Notes under the pieces: model-generated
What the model saw: only the letters and a program-made list of their open reading frames with translations
The model's database searches: none
Told to the model about the DNA's origin: nothing
Shown here: positions 26,144 to 34,068 of the stretch, one piece after another
How the letters are laid out: each line of letters begins with the position of its first letter
Position numbering within the stretch: the stretch's first letter is position 1
Program-made: the position numbers and the translations under genes
NCBI GenBank assembly: GCA_937899865.1
Contig: CALBRH010000057.1
Location: forward strand, 1-34,713
DNA length: 34,713 bases
Direction of reading: 5' to 3'
DNA from: an uncultured euryarchaeote
Lineage (GTDB): Archaea; Thermoplasmatota; Poseidoniia; Poseidoniales; Poseidoniaceae

Positions 26144-26735
26144 ATTTCTGTCAATATTGGTCAGTTTTGTTATCCTTCTTTCAGGATGTACCACTTCTGT
26201 TGAAGAAATAGCATCAAGTGAACCACCGTTACAGCTTTCATTCAGTGCAAAAACACTCGATAGAGTTGAAGATGGAGGTTCAGAATTTAATCTAAAGCAA
26301 ACTCTTGAAGACAAACCAGTTCTTGTTCTATGGATTGCTGCTGGATGTTCCGGATGTCACGATTGGACGAAAATGATTCGAGAATCAATTAGCAACGGAA
26401 GCATCAATTCTTCTTTTGTTAATGTTATCAGTATTCATCGCTGGGCTGAAATCGAATCTGCAGATCAAGTAATGGATGTCTTTGGGATTGAGGAAAACAA
26501 TTCGTATTATTCTCCATGGCCGATTGTCTTGCCAAAAGAAACCGATATGATTGTTGATTTTGAAACAGGTATCGAAACGGATTTTTCTGTAATTGAGGGG
26601 TTTAATAGCCCAGGAACTCCAACTGTACAATTGATTGGTCAAGATGGGATAAAAATGTGGCAATCAAAGTCTTATTGGGCGAATTTTTCTGTACTTCAAG
26701 AAGCATGGGATGTTGCAGAAATGATTTCAACTTAG
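26133..26735 (+). CDS. Thioredoxin-fold (TlpA-like) lipoprotein
   Basis: Hydrophobic leader ending in the lipobox LLSGC, active site AAGCSGCHDW and cis-Pro motif GTPTVQLI. GGTGA SD supports ATG 26133, which overlaps the crtI 3' end. Confidence 0.75.
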   Translation: MQHRFLSILVSFVILLSGCTTSVEEIASSEPPLQLSFSAKTLDRVEDGGSEFNLKQTLEDKPVLVLWIAAGCSGCHDWTKMIRESISNGSINSSFVNVISIHRWAEIESADQVMDVFGIEENNSYYSPWPIVLPKETDMIVDFETGIETDFSVIEGFNSPGTPTVQLIGQDGIKMWQSKSYWANFSVLQEAWDVAEMIST

Positions 26736-26807
26736 TAAGCCTGTAATAATCAACCTCAAAGACTGTGCGCGTCACGGTACATTTGTTCGCCCCCTTGTGG
26801 GGAGGCG

Positions 26808-27635
26808 GTGAAATCTTTGGGTGAAGGAATTAAACTGCCTGTAATCAATGGACTGGGACGCACAAATCGAGTAGATAATTGGTGGTCACAGCCATTGGCT
26901 ATGGGCTTTGCATTGACATTAGCACTACTGTACACTTTTTGGCGACTATTCTTGCACGATTCAGGAATTTCGTACCAACTCGATGGTAGTACAGTTATGT
27001 CACCAATATTTTCTCCCAATGTTTTGGAGTGGGAATTATTCGGTTTAGCTGATTGGGATCATCCACATTGGGTTAATGCAGCAATATTGGTATTATGGAT
27101 TCCTTTTGGTTTTAGAGGTACATGTTATTACATGAGAAGAGTCTACTACAGAACTTTCTTTGCCAGCCCAACAGCATGCTGGGTTGATGAACCAGATATC
27201 AATAAGAAACTCGGTTACAAAGGTGAAAAGAGGATATTCATACTCAATAACTTACATCGATACTTTTTGTATGCAGCAATGATAATCATTGCTATCAAGT
27301 GGTGGGATGTAACTCACACATTGACTTTCGAAGGTGGAGCATATGGTTTCTCAATAGGCACTTTTGTAATGGCTATTGAAGCATTCTTGCTGACAATGTA
27401 TGTTACTTCTTGCCATGCTCTAAGACATCTTGCCGGAGGTATGCTTGATCGTTGGACTACGGGGATTAGCAGAATTAGAGGGAAAATTTTTGGCAAATTA
27501 AGCCTAACTAACCGTTCACATGGGTTCTGGTTTTGGACCTCCCTCGCATTTGTTTTCATTGGTGATCTATGGGTTCTAGCAGTAAATGAAGGGTATTTTA
27601 CTGGTCTAGCTGACTGGAAACTAATTTTGTTTTGA
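26808..27635 (+). CDS. sdhC: Succinate dehydrogenase membrane anchor, mycobacterial Sdh1 (type F)-like
   Basis: SPIFSP, WIPFGFRGTCYYMRRVYYRTFF, NLHRYF, TSCHALRH and HGFWFW. It lies directly upstream of sdhA. An alternative start is TTG 26817. Confidence 0.8.
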   Translation: MKSLGEGIKLPVINGLGRTNRVDNWWSQPLAMGFALTLALLYTFWRLFLHDSGISYQLDGSTVMSPIFSPNVLEWELFGLADWDHPHWVNAAILVLWIPFGFRGTCYYMRRVYYRTFFASPTACWVDEPDINKKLGYKGEKRIFILNNLHRYFLYAAMIIIAIKWWDVTHTLTFEGGAYGFSIGTFVMAIEAFLLTMYVTSCHALRHLAGGMLDRWTTGISRIRGKIFGKLSLTNRSHGFWFWTSLAFVFIGDLWVLAVNEGYFTGLADWKLILF

Positions 27636-27644
27636 GGTGATATT

Positions 27645-29498
27645 ATGGCTGAGGATTTCAAGAAATACGAATATGATGTCATTGTGATTGGTGCCGGAGG
27701 AGCGGGTTTACGTGCTGCGATTGAGGCGGCACGAAGTGGTGCAAAAACTGCAATTATCACCAAATCATTACTCGGTAAGGCTCACACTGTTATGGCTGAA
27801 GGCGGCTGTGCCGCAGCGCTTCAGAACGCAGATCCAAGAGATGGATGGAAAGTCCACTTCCATGATACAATGAAAGGCAGTAAGTGGTTGGCAAATTGGC
27901 AAATGGCTGAATATCATGCCAAAGAGGCACCAGATCGTGTTAGAGAATTAGAGCAATGGGGCGCAGTTTTCGATCGTACCAATAAGAATCTCATCAATCA
28001 GAGGAACTTTGGCGGTCATACATTCCCTAGGCTAGCGCACGTTGGAGATGCAACAGGTTTGGAAATTATCCGAACTTTGCAGGAGAGAGGTATTCATGAA
28101 GGCATTGATATTTTCATGGAATATACCGTTAGACATTTACTCAAAGAAGGTGATAGAGTAACTGGTTGTGTTGCATATACCAGAGTAGATGGGGATTTCC
28201 ATGCTTTCTCAGCAAAATCAGTTGTTTTAGCGACTGGAGGGATAACCAGAGTTTGGTCGGTTTGTTCAGGCTCCTGGGAGTACACTGGCGATGGTCATGC
28301 ACTTGCACTCTGGTCCGGTGCGGAACTTCGAGATATGGAATTTGTTCAGTTCCATCCAACTGGAATGGTATGGCCACCTTCTGTTCGTGGTATTCTAGTT
28401 ACAGAAGGTGTAAGAGGTGAAGGAGGTAGATTAACAAATTCTGATGGTGTCAGATTTATGTTCGATTATGTCCCTGAAATGTTTGCAGGAGACCACGCTG
28501 AAACAATAGAGGAGTCAGACCAGTGGGTTGAGGAAGTAGTTTCAGGAAAGTTAGCGACAGTCCGCCGTCCTCCTGAGTTGTTGACAAGAGATGTAGTCGC
28601 TAAGGCGATAAATTCTGAAGTTAAGGCTGGAAGGGGTTCGCCACACGGCGGGGCATTCCTTGATATTTCTCACCGTGGCGAAGAAGCGATTCTCAAGAAA
28701 TTACCTTCAATGCATCATCAATTCAAAGAATTAGCTGGCGTCGATATTTCGAAAGAACCGATGGAAGTTGGCCCAACAGCACACTATGTTATGGGAGGGG
28801 TATTGGTTGATGCAGAAACTCAAGAATCTACAGTTCCAGGTTTATTTGCTTGCGGTGAAGTAGCATCAGGTTTGCATGGTGCGAATCGTTTGGGTGGTAA
28901 TTCATTATCTGACCTAATTGTGTTTGGCAAGCGAGCGGGTGAATTTGCTGCTAAGCGTGCCAAAGACCTAGCACAACCAGTTATTGATGAAACTCAAGTT
29001 CAACAAGCAATTGAGGTTATGCTGGAGCCATTTGGCAATAAAGGCGGTGAAAATCCTGGACTCATCTATGATGAATTAAGAGATATGATGCAAGCCAAAG
29101 TTGGAATTATTAGAACCAAAGAAGAACTAGATGAAGCAATTGAAGATTTGAAGAATTTTGAATCAAGAAGATTAGCATCCTATCCTGGTTCTTCAAGAAA
29201 ATATAATTCAGGTTGGCACCAAGCACTTGATTTGAAGAATATGGTTGACATATCATACGCGGCAACTTTGGCTGCCTTAACTCGTGAAGAGAGTAGAGGA
29301 GGTCATACTAGAGATGACTTCCCTGTCCCAGATGACGAATACTGGGGTAAAACTCTGAATATTATTTACATGGAAGATGGTGAGATAAAAATTCGTCAAG
29401 ATCCAGTAATTGAGATGCGTGAAGATTTGCAAGACGCAATTAAAGAAGTGAAGCAAATGATTGCAGAAAGAGCCGCAGAAGCAGGAGGTGGTAATTGA
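27645..29498 (+). CDS. sdhA: Succinate dehydrogenase/fumarate reductase flavoprotein
   Basis: GAGGAG, FAD-linked His in KAHTVMAEGG, QFHPTG, TEGVRGEGG, HYVMGG, LHGANRLGGNSLS and ESRGGH. Confidence 0.97.
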   Translation: MAEDFKKYEYDVIVIGAGGAGLRAAIEAARSGAKTAIITKSLLGKAHTVMAEGGCAAALQNADPRDGWKVHFHDTMKGSKWLANWQMAEYHAKEAPDRVRELEQWGAVFDRTNKNLINQRNFGGHTFPRLAHVGDATGLEIIRTLQERGIHEGIDIFMEYTVRHLLKEGDRVTGCVAYTRVDGDFHAFSAKSVVLATGGITRVWSVCSGSWEYTGDGHALALWSGAELRDMEFVQFHPTGMVWPPSVRGILVTEGVRGEGGRLTNSDGVRFMFDYVPEMFAGDHAETIEESDQWVEEVVSGKLATVRRPPELLTRDVVAKAINSEVKAGRGSPHGGAFLDISHRGEEAILKKLPSMHHQFKELAGVDISKEPMEVGPTAHYVMGGVLVDAETQESTVPGLFACGEVASGLHGANRLGGNSLSDLIVFGKRAGEFAAKRAKDLAQPVIDETQVQQAIEVMLEPFGNKGGENPGLIYDELRDMMQAKVGIIRTKEELDEAIEDLKNFESRRLASYPGSSRKYNSGWHQALDLKNMVDISYAATLAALTREESRGGHTRDDFPVPDDEYWGKTLNIIYMEDGEIKIRQDPVIEMREDLQDAIKEVKQMIAERAAEAGGGN

Positions 29499-30265
29499 TG
29501 TCACTAAAAGGCAAGAAGCAGAATTTCAAGATTACTAGAGGAGAAGGTGAAGATTCTTCAATGCAAGATTATGAAATTGAGTTAGATGAAGGTATGGTTG
29601 TACTAGATTGCGTACACAGAATACAATACGAGCAAGAGCCAGATCTAGCGGTTAGATGGAATTGTAAAGCAGGAAAATGTGGTTCTTGTTCAGCAGAAAT
29701 CAACGGCAGACCTCGGTTAATGTGCATGACAAGAATGAGCGATGTTGTTCAAGAAGTTGATGAAGGTGAGCCAATTGATATTCGTCCAATGCAGACATTC
29801 CCTCATATCAAAGACTTGGTTACTGATGTGTCATGGAATTATGATGTTGCTCAAAAAATCAAGCCAATTAATGGTCCAGAAGAAATGAATTGGGAGTTCA
29901 ATCAAATGGAAGCCGATAGAGTGCAACACTTTAGAGAATGCATAGAATGCTTCCTATGTGTAAATACATGTCACGTACTTCGAGATCACGAATTGTTTGA
30001 TGATTTTGCAGGTCCAAGAAATTTGGTAAGATTGGCACAGTATGAAATGCACCCACTTGACTTGGAGGATAGAATTCCTGAAATTAAGAAAGAATTTGGC
30101 GTCGAATATTGTAATATTACTCGTTGCTGTACAGAGGTATGTCCAGCTGGTATACAAATCACAGATGATGCCATAATTCAACTAAAGGAGCGAGTGGTAG
30201 ACAGGTATTATGATCCATTACAAAGGATTTGGCGAACCTTAACACGACAAAAAGTCCGCTACTGA
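29498..30265 (+). CDS. sdhB: Succinate dehydrogenase iron-sulfur subunit
   Basis: CKAGKCGSC...CMT, CIECFLC and CNITRCCTEVCP. The ATG overlaps the sdhA stop (TGATG). Confidence 0.96.
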   Translation: MSLKGKKQNFKITRGEGEDSSMQDYEIELDEGMVVLDCVHRIQYEQEPDLAVRWNCKAGKCGSCSAEINGRPRLMCMTRMSDVVQEVDEGEPIDIRPMQTFPHIKDLVTDVSWNYDVAQKIKPINGPEEMNWEFNQMEADRVQHFRECIECFLCVNTCHVLRDHELFDDFAGPRNLVRLAQYEMHPLDLEDRIPEIKKEFGVEYCNITRCCTEVCPAGIQITDDAIIQLKERVVDRYYDPLQRIWRTLTRQKVRY

Positions 30266-30276
30266 AGGAGATATCG

Positions 30277-30684
30277 ATGGCCAAAAATATATTGGTAAAG
30301 AATGTCTTAACGACAATACTTGGAATTTTCTTCATCAATGTAGGAATTGCTCATTTCACAGATACAGAATGGTTTGAACCAATAGTTCCAGAGGTCCTTG
30401 GTGCTCCTACATTTTGGGTTCTAATTACCGGGGTGTTTGAAATTGCTCTAGGAATAGGAATTGTTATTCCACAAACTAGACGCTACTCTAGTTTAGCAAT
30501 GGCTTTTTTCCTCGTGGCTGTTTATGCGGGTAATCTCAACATGTGGGTTAATGATATCCCATTAGAAGATAGAAAATTTGCTACAATTTGGCATGTCATG
30601 CGTTTAATTGGGCAATTAGTAATGATTGTAGTTGCTCTTTGGATTGGAGAATGGCTAACAAAGAGTAATCAACAGGATTACTAA
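30277..30684 (+). CDS. DoxX-like membrane protein
   Basis: GIAHF...IVPEVL...TGVFEIALGIG...AVYAGNLNM. AGGAG SD supports ATG 30277 rather than the track start 30229. Confidence 0.8.
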   Translation: MAKNILVKNVLTTILGIFFINVGIAHFTDTEWFEPIVPEVLGAPTFWVLITGVFEIALGIGIVIPQTRRYSSLAMAFFLVAVYAGNLNMWVNDIPLEDRKFATIWHVMRLIGQLVMIVVALWIGEWLTKSNQQDY

Positions 30685-30716
30685 TTTAGATAGTTAAATT
30701 ATGTTCATTTTAAATT

Positions 30717-30755
30717 AAAAAAAGCCCCCTCGAAGGCCTAAACCTTCGAAGGGGC
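30717..30755 (-). terminator. GC-rich hairpin plus T7 tract downstream of MC1
   Basis: Minus strand reads GCCCCTTCGAAGG-TTTAGG-CCTTCGAGGGGGC-TTTTTTT: a 13-bp stem with one G-U pair, followed by 7 T. Confidence 0.8.
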
Positions 30756-30813
30756 AGTTATATTCCGCAGAATATATCAGTTCATAAGGTGTCTAAAGAC
30801 TTGGAATTGCAAC

Positions 30814-31077
30814 TCAAAGGTGCTCGATTCCAGTTTTCTTGACATTTGCCTTCTTGATCTTGTCAGGAAGCCAGGCTGGGCCATTTGCAGGCTTGTCAAC
30901 CATTGATATACTGCCAGTGAAGCAGTGGACTCTCTTGGTTCCACGCTCTCTTAGGCGTATATTGGTGTGTCCACGGGTTGCTGCTTTTAGGGCTGCACCA
31001 CGTGGTTGTTTGCTCGCAAATACTTGGCTTGTATCTTTGCCGCCCTGCATTAGGACGAAATATTTCTTATCAGACAT
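30814..31077 (-). CDS. Non-histone chromosomal protein MC1
   Basis: FVL...[18 protein letters not shown]...[14 protein letters not shown]...PAWLPDKI...VKK matches methanosarcinal/haloarchaeal MC1. GGAGGT SD and an upstream TATA-like CTATATAC. Confidence 0.92.
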   Translation of the reverse strand: MSDKKYFVLMQGGKDTSQVFASKQPRGAALKAATRGHTNIRLRERGTKRVHCFTGSISMVDKPANGPAWLPDKIKKANVKKTGIEHL

Positions 31078-31216
31078 TTTGGATAACCTCCGAGTACAAG
31101 TAAATCAGTTAGGTATATAGTATTTTTGCCGAAAAACCGCTATACTGCGCCACATATGGGGAGCAGCACCCCTTTCGGAAGTCGAAAAAAACCTTAATCG
31201 CAGCACTCAAAGCATG

Positions 31217-31453
31217 TCAAATTATGTCTGCACCTGCTAGAGTTTTTGTATTTATGACTCCTTCAACAGGTCTAATCATTTCTACAACTGTTTTCGCAAT
31301 TGATGCTAAATCATCATCTACCAACTTGATGATTAAATCATAGTCTCCAAATAAAACCGTGATATCATCAACATTCTTCATACCTTTAATTGTGTTAAAA
31401 GCTTCAATTTCCATTCCAGGCGTCACATTCACAAGTACATATCCTACAGCCAT
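31217..31453 (-). CDS. Stand-alone Lrp/AsnC ligand-binding (RAM) domain protein
   Basis: 78 aa: GYVLVNVTPG...LFGDYDLIIKL...VEGVINTKT. No HTH. Confidence 0.88.
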   Translation of the reverse strand: MAVGYVLVNVTPGMEIEAFNTIKGMKNVDDITVLFGDYDLIIKLVDDDLASIAKTVVEMIRPVEGVINTKTLAGADII

Positions 31454-31592
31454 GCTATCATCATTGCTAAAACTAGGTAGATAATGAATTATTCCAAAAA
31501 AACATTCGGGCAGTTATATAATTACCAAAAACCTCGATATTTGACACTTTTTTGCGAACTAAATAAGTAAGACAGCCCTCCATGCTTGTACG

Positions 31593-32219
31593 ATGCCGGA
31601 ATTATATATGGCCAGAACCTGTAAATGGGGGGTCTTAACTGTCGTTGGTGGAGAAGTATGGGATCATACTGGTGATGCTCTAATTACTCCAGCAAATAAT
31701 CGACTATCAGGAAGAGAAGGTTTGGATGCGATGATTCATGCTAAAGCAGGGCAGGAGTTGACTCAAGTGACTAGAAATATCTGCTTAGAAAAAAGGAAAA
31801 TTAACGCCCCACCTTGCGCGGTAACTCATAATGTAGTAACCGAGCCCTATGCACTTTCAACTAATTTCAAACATATCATACATGCAGTTGGTCCAGATTG
31901 TAGAAGACCAAGTCAAGATGAATCTAGACGGGAATTATTACCTGAAACATATTACAATTTGTTTGATAGATTTAAAGAAATGGATGATGTTAGAAGAATT
32001 GTTTCACCACCAATTTCAATGGGTATTTTCGGTTATCCTCACAGAGAAGGGGCAAGAATCACCTTGGAAGTTTTGCTTGGCCATTTGGATGGGGAAGAAG
32101 ATCCCGGTTTCGATGAATATATCTTGGTAATTAAGGAACGTAATTTCATCAGTAATATGCGTACAGTATATCGAGAATCTGAAGACCAGTTGCCTGGTAT
32201 TGACACAACAAATCAATAG
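31593..32219 (+). CDS. Macrodomain (ADP-ribose-binding/hydrolase) protein
   Basis: DALITPANNRL, MIHAKAG, HIIHAVGP and PPISMGIFGYP. Confidence 0.85.
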   Translation: MPELYMARTCKWGVLTVVGGEVWDHTGDALITPANNRLSGREGLDAMIHAKAGQELTQVTRNICLEKRKINAPPCAVTHNVVTEPYALSTNFKHIIHAVGPDCRRPSQDESRRELLPETYYNLFDRFKEMDDVRRIVSPPISMGIFGYPHREGARITLEVLLGHLDGEEDPGFDEYILVIKERNFISNMRTVYRESEDQLPGIDTTNQ

Positions 32220-32227
32220 GTGATAGA

Positions 32228-33076
32228 TTGGTTGACCTAGTAAATTCGGTCGCCAGTTCTTTTCCATCAGATAGGAAAAGTTTTGATTCTGTGATTATGA
32301 TTTCTAACAGCGTCAAAAAGATTAGACAGATTCATGAAGTCATTCCTAAGAATGTAAAAACGACGATTTTAACCAGCAAATCAAGAGTTATCGAATCATT
32401 TGTTGAAGATGAAATATTAGTCGAGATGATGGATGAATCATTATCTTCCATGGGTTTACAAGTTTTATCACAATTACATGATATGATACTTCAAGCGATT
32501 GGAGAAGGAAGAATCTCTCGTGGAGAAAAAATCTTAGTAATCCTTGCCGAACCAATAGATGGAATATTTTCTGTTGACACAACTATGCTAAGTGCAAACC
32601 GATTTGCCAGTTTAGCCACTGAGATAAATGTCGATTTAGAGGTGCTGACCAAATCAATGCAGTTAGCAAGACATATTGGTTCAAGAGGTAGAGAAGGACA
32701 TTCAGTTGGGGCATTATTTGCCATTGGTTCACTGCCCAAACTTAGGAAGTTTTCAACTCCACTGGTATTGAATCCATTTAAGGGACATGATTCAGAGAAA
32801 AAAAGCATATTGTTTGATGAGAATCATGAAACATTAGCTGAATTCGCTTGGCTTGATGGGGCTATTTTCTTTAACAAAGAAGGGGTTGCAAGTGATGCAG
32901 GAAGATACATACAGGTTCCTGCTGGAACTCAGCCAAAATATGGTGAAGGTGGTAGGCATTTAGCAGCTAGAGCAATATCACAACTTGCTGAATGCGCAGC
33001 AATTTGCGTATCTTCTTCTGGAAAAATCACTCTATATGTTAATGGAAGAGAACGATACAAGGTTAGATTGAACTGA
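32228..33076 (+). CDS. dacZ: Diadenylate cyclase, DacZ-like (N-terminal regulatory region plus DAC domain)
   Basis: GREGHSVGALF, LNPF, LDGAIFF, GGRHLAARAIS and VSSSGKITLY. AGGTGAT SD precedes the TTG start, 8 nt after the macrodomain stop. Confidence 0.85.
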   Translation: MVDLVNSVASSFPSDRKSFDSVIMISNSVKKIRQIHEVIPKNVKTTILTSKSRVIESFVEDEILVEMMDESLSSMGLQVLSQLHDMILQAIGEGRISRGEKILVILAEPIDGIFSVDTTMLSANRFASLATEINVDLEVLTKSMQLARHIGSRGREGHSVGALFAIGSLPKLRKFSTPLVLNPFKGHDSEKKSILFDENHETLAEFAWLDGAIFFNKEGVASDAGRYIQVPAGTQPKYGEGGRHLAARAISQLAECAAICVSSSGKITLYVNGRERYKVRLN

Positions 33077-33640
33077 TTACTCAGCTTCTTGTAATGTGCT
33101 TTCGAATGGATTTAATCCAATTTCTGCAGAATTAATTCGAAGGTTGATAAGATGCAAATCATCCTTTACTCCTTCAAGTGAAGCAGAATGTAGATTTCTA
33201 CTGACAATTTCCTTGATTCTTTTTATTGATGCCACTCTTTGATTCTTATCTTTAGGTCTTAACTGCTCGCCTCTAAGCGACATTAACCAATCTTCTAATA
33301 CATTCTTGCCCCATTCCGGTGCTCGCATTTTTGCAGCTAACAAGATATCAGAATTTCTATGTCTAAATCTAACTCTACCATCGCTGATTCTAGTGGCTTG
33401 AATTGAACCAGGGTTCCATATGTCTAATGGAATATGCAAATGATGTCTAATTTCTATTCTATCACGTTTCATATTCATTGCATTCTCCTTGAATAAAAAA
33501 TCTGCAACAAGAACGCTACGTGGTAATTTTATGAATACTTGGACCATCTCATCATCTTCAAACCACTCTAAAACCTCGAGAGGATTTTGCCCCCAAGTTT
33601 CATCACACCATTCAGCAATATCATCGCTTAGTGGTTGCAT
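33077..33640 (-). CDS. Hypothetical protein
   Basis: 187-aa ORF with genome-typical composition that fills the gap. Its stop abuts the dacZ stop. No recognised motifs. Confidence 0.7.
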   Translation of the reverse strand: MQPLSDDIAEWCDETWGQNPLEVLEWFEDDEMVQVFIKLPRSVLVADFLFKENAMNMKRDRIEIRHHLHIPLDIWNPGSIQATRISDGRVRFRHRNSDILLAAKMRAPEWGKNVLEDWLMSLRGEQLRPKDKNQRVASIKRIKEIVSRNLHSASLEGVKDDLHLINLRINSAEIGLNPFESTLQEAE

Positions 33641-33720
33641 GGTTGTTCCTTACGGTAATGCTTCTTCAACTTTGTTCATGTTTTGTCAATATTCAAATCG
33701 AGTGACAATATGGCAAGTAC

Positions 33721-34068
33721 ATGGCTGCCAGTTGGGGGACGGTTAATTTCGACTGGTCTTTCATTTTGCTACTGATACTTTCTTGGTACATTTTATTGAG
33801 GATTTGGGAAAACAACGGTACGCTTGATCGTTGGAATGCTTCTCGTGTTTTTGGTGTAATACTAATGGTAAGAAGTAAGCGAGGGCTGAATTTACTTGAT
33901 AAAACCGTAAAACCCCGAGCATTTTGGCGATTTTACGGTGAAGTTTCTCTGTGGGTGTGTATATTTTCCATGCTTATGGTCGGATTGTTAATGATAATAG
34001 CATTCATCACATCATTGTTATCTCCTCCACAAGGTCGTCGTTCTTATATTGAGCACCTTGCAGAGTGA
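33721..34068 (+). CDS. N-terminal fragment of a site-2 protease (M50) family membrane protein, truncated
   Basis: WENNGTLDRWN...LMVRSKRGLNLLD...RAFWRFYG...SPP resembles the N-terminus of archaeal S2P proteins. The last 11 residues come from compositionally different DNA. No HExxH is reached. Confidence 0.6.
   Translation: MAASWGTVNFDWSFILLLILSWYILLRIWENNGTLDRWNASRVFGVILMVRSKRGLNLLDKTVKPRAFWRFYGEVSLWVCIFSMLMVGLLMIIAFITSLLSPPQGRRSYIEHLAE

Noticed and set aside
30752-31519. 12-bp direct repeat GGGCAGTTATAT (30752-30763 and 31508-31519) flanking MC1 and the RAM gene, as att sites or a target duplication
   Set aside because: Short enough to arise by chance, no recombinase nearby, one copy overlaps the terminator stem, and the cargo looks like core genes.
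32228-33076. DAC inactive because RHR reads RHL
   Set aside because: DGA and the RH are intact. From memory the third position varies among DAC homologues, so this is not evidence of inactivity.
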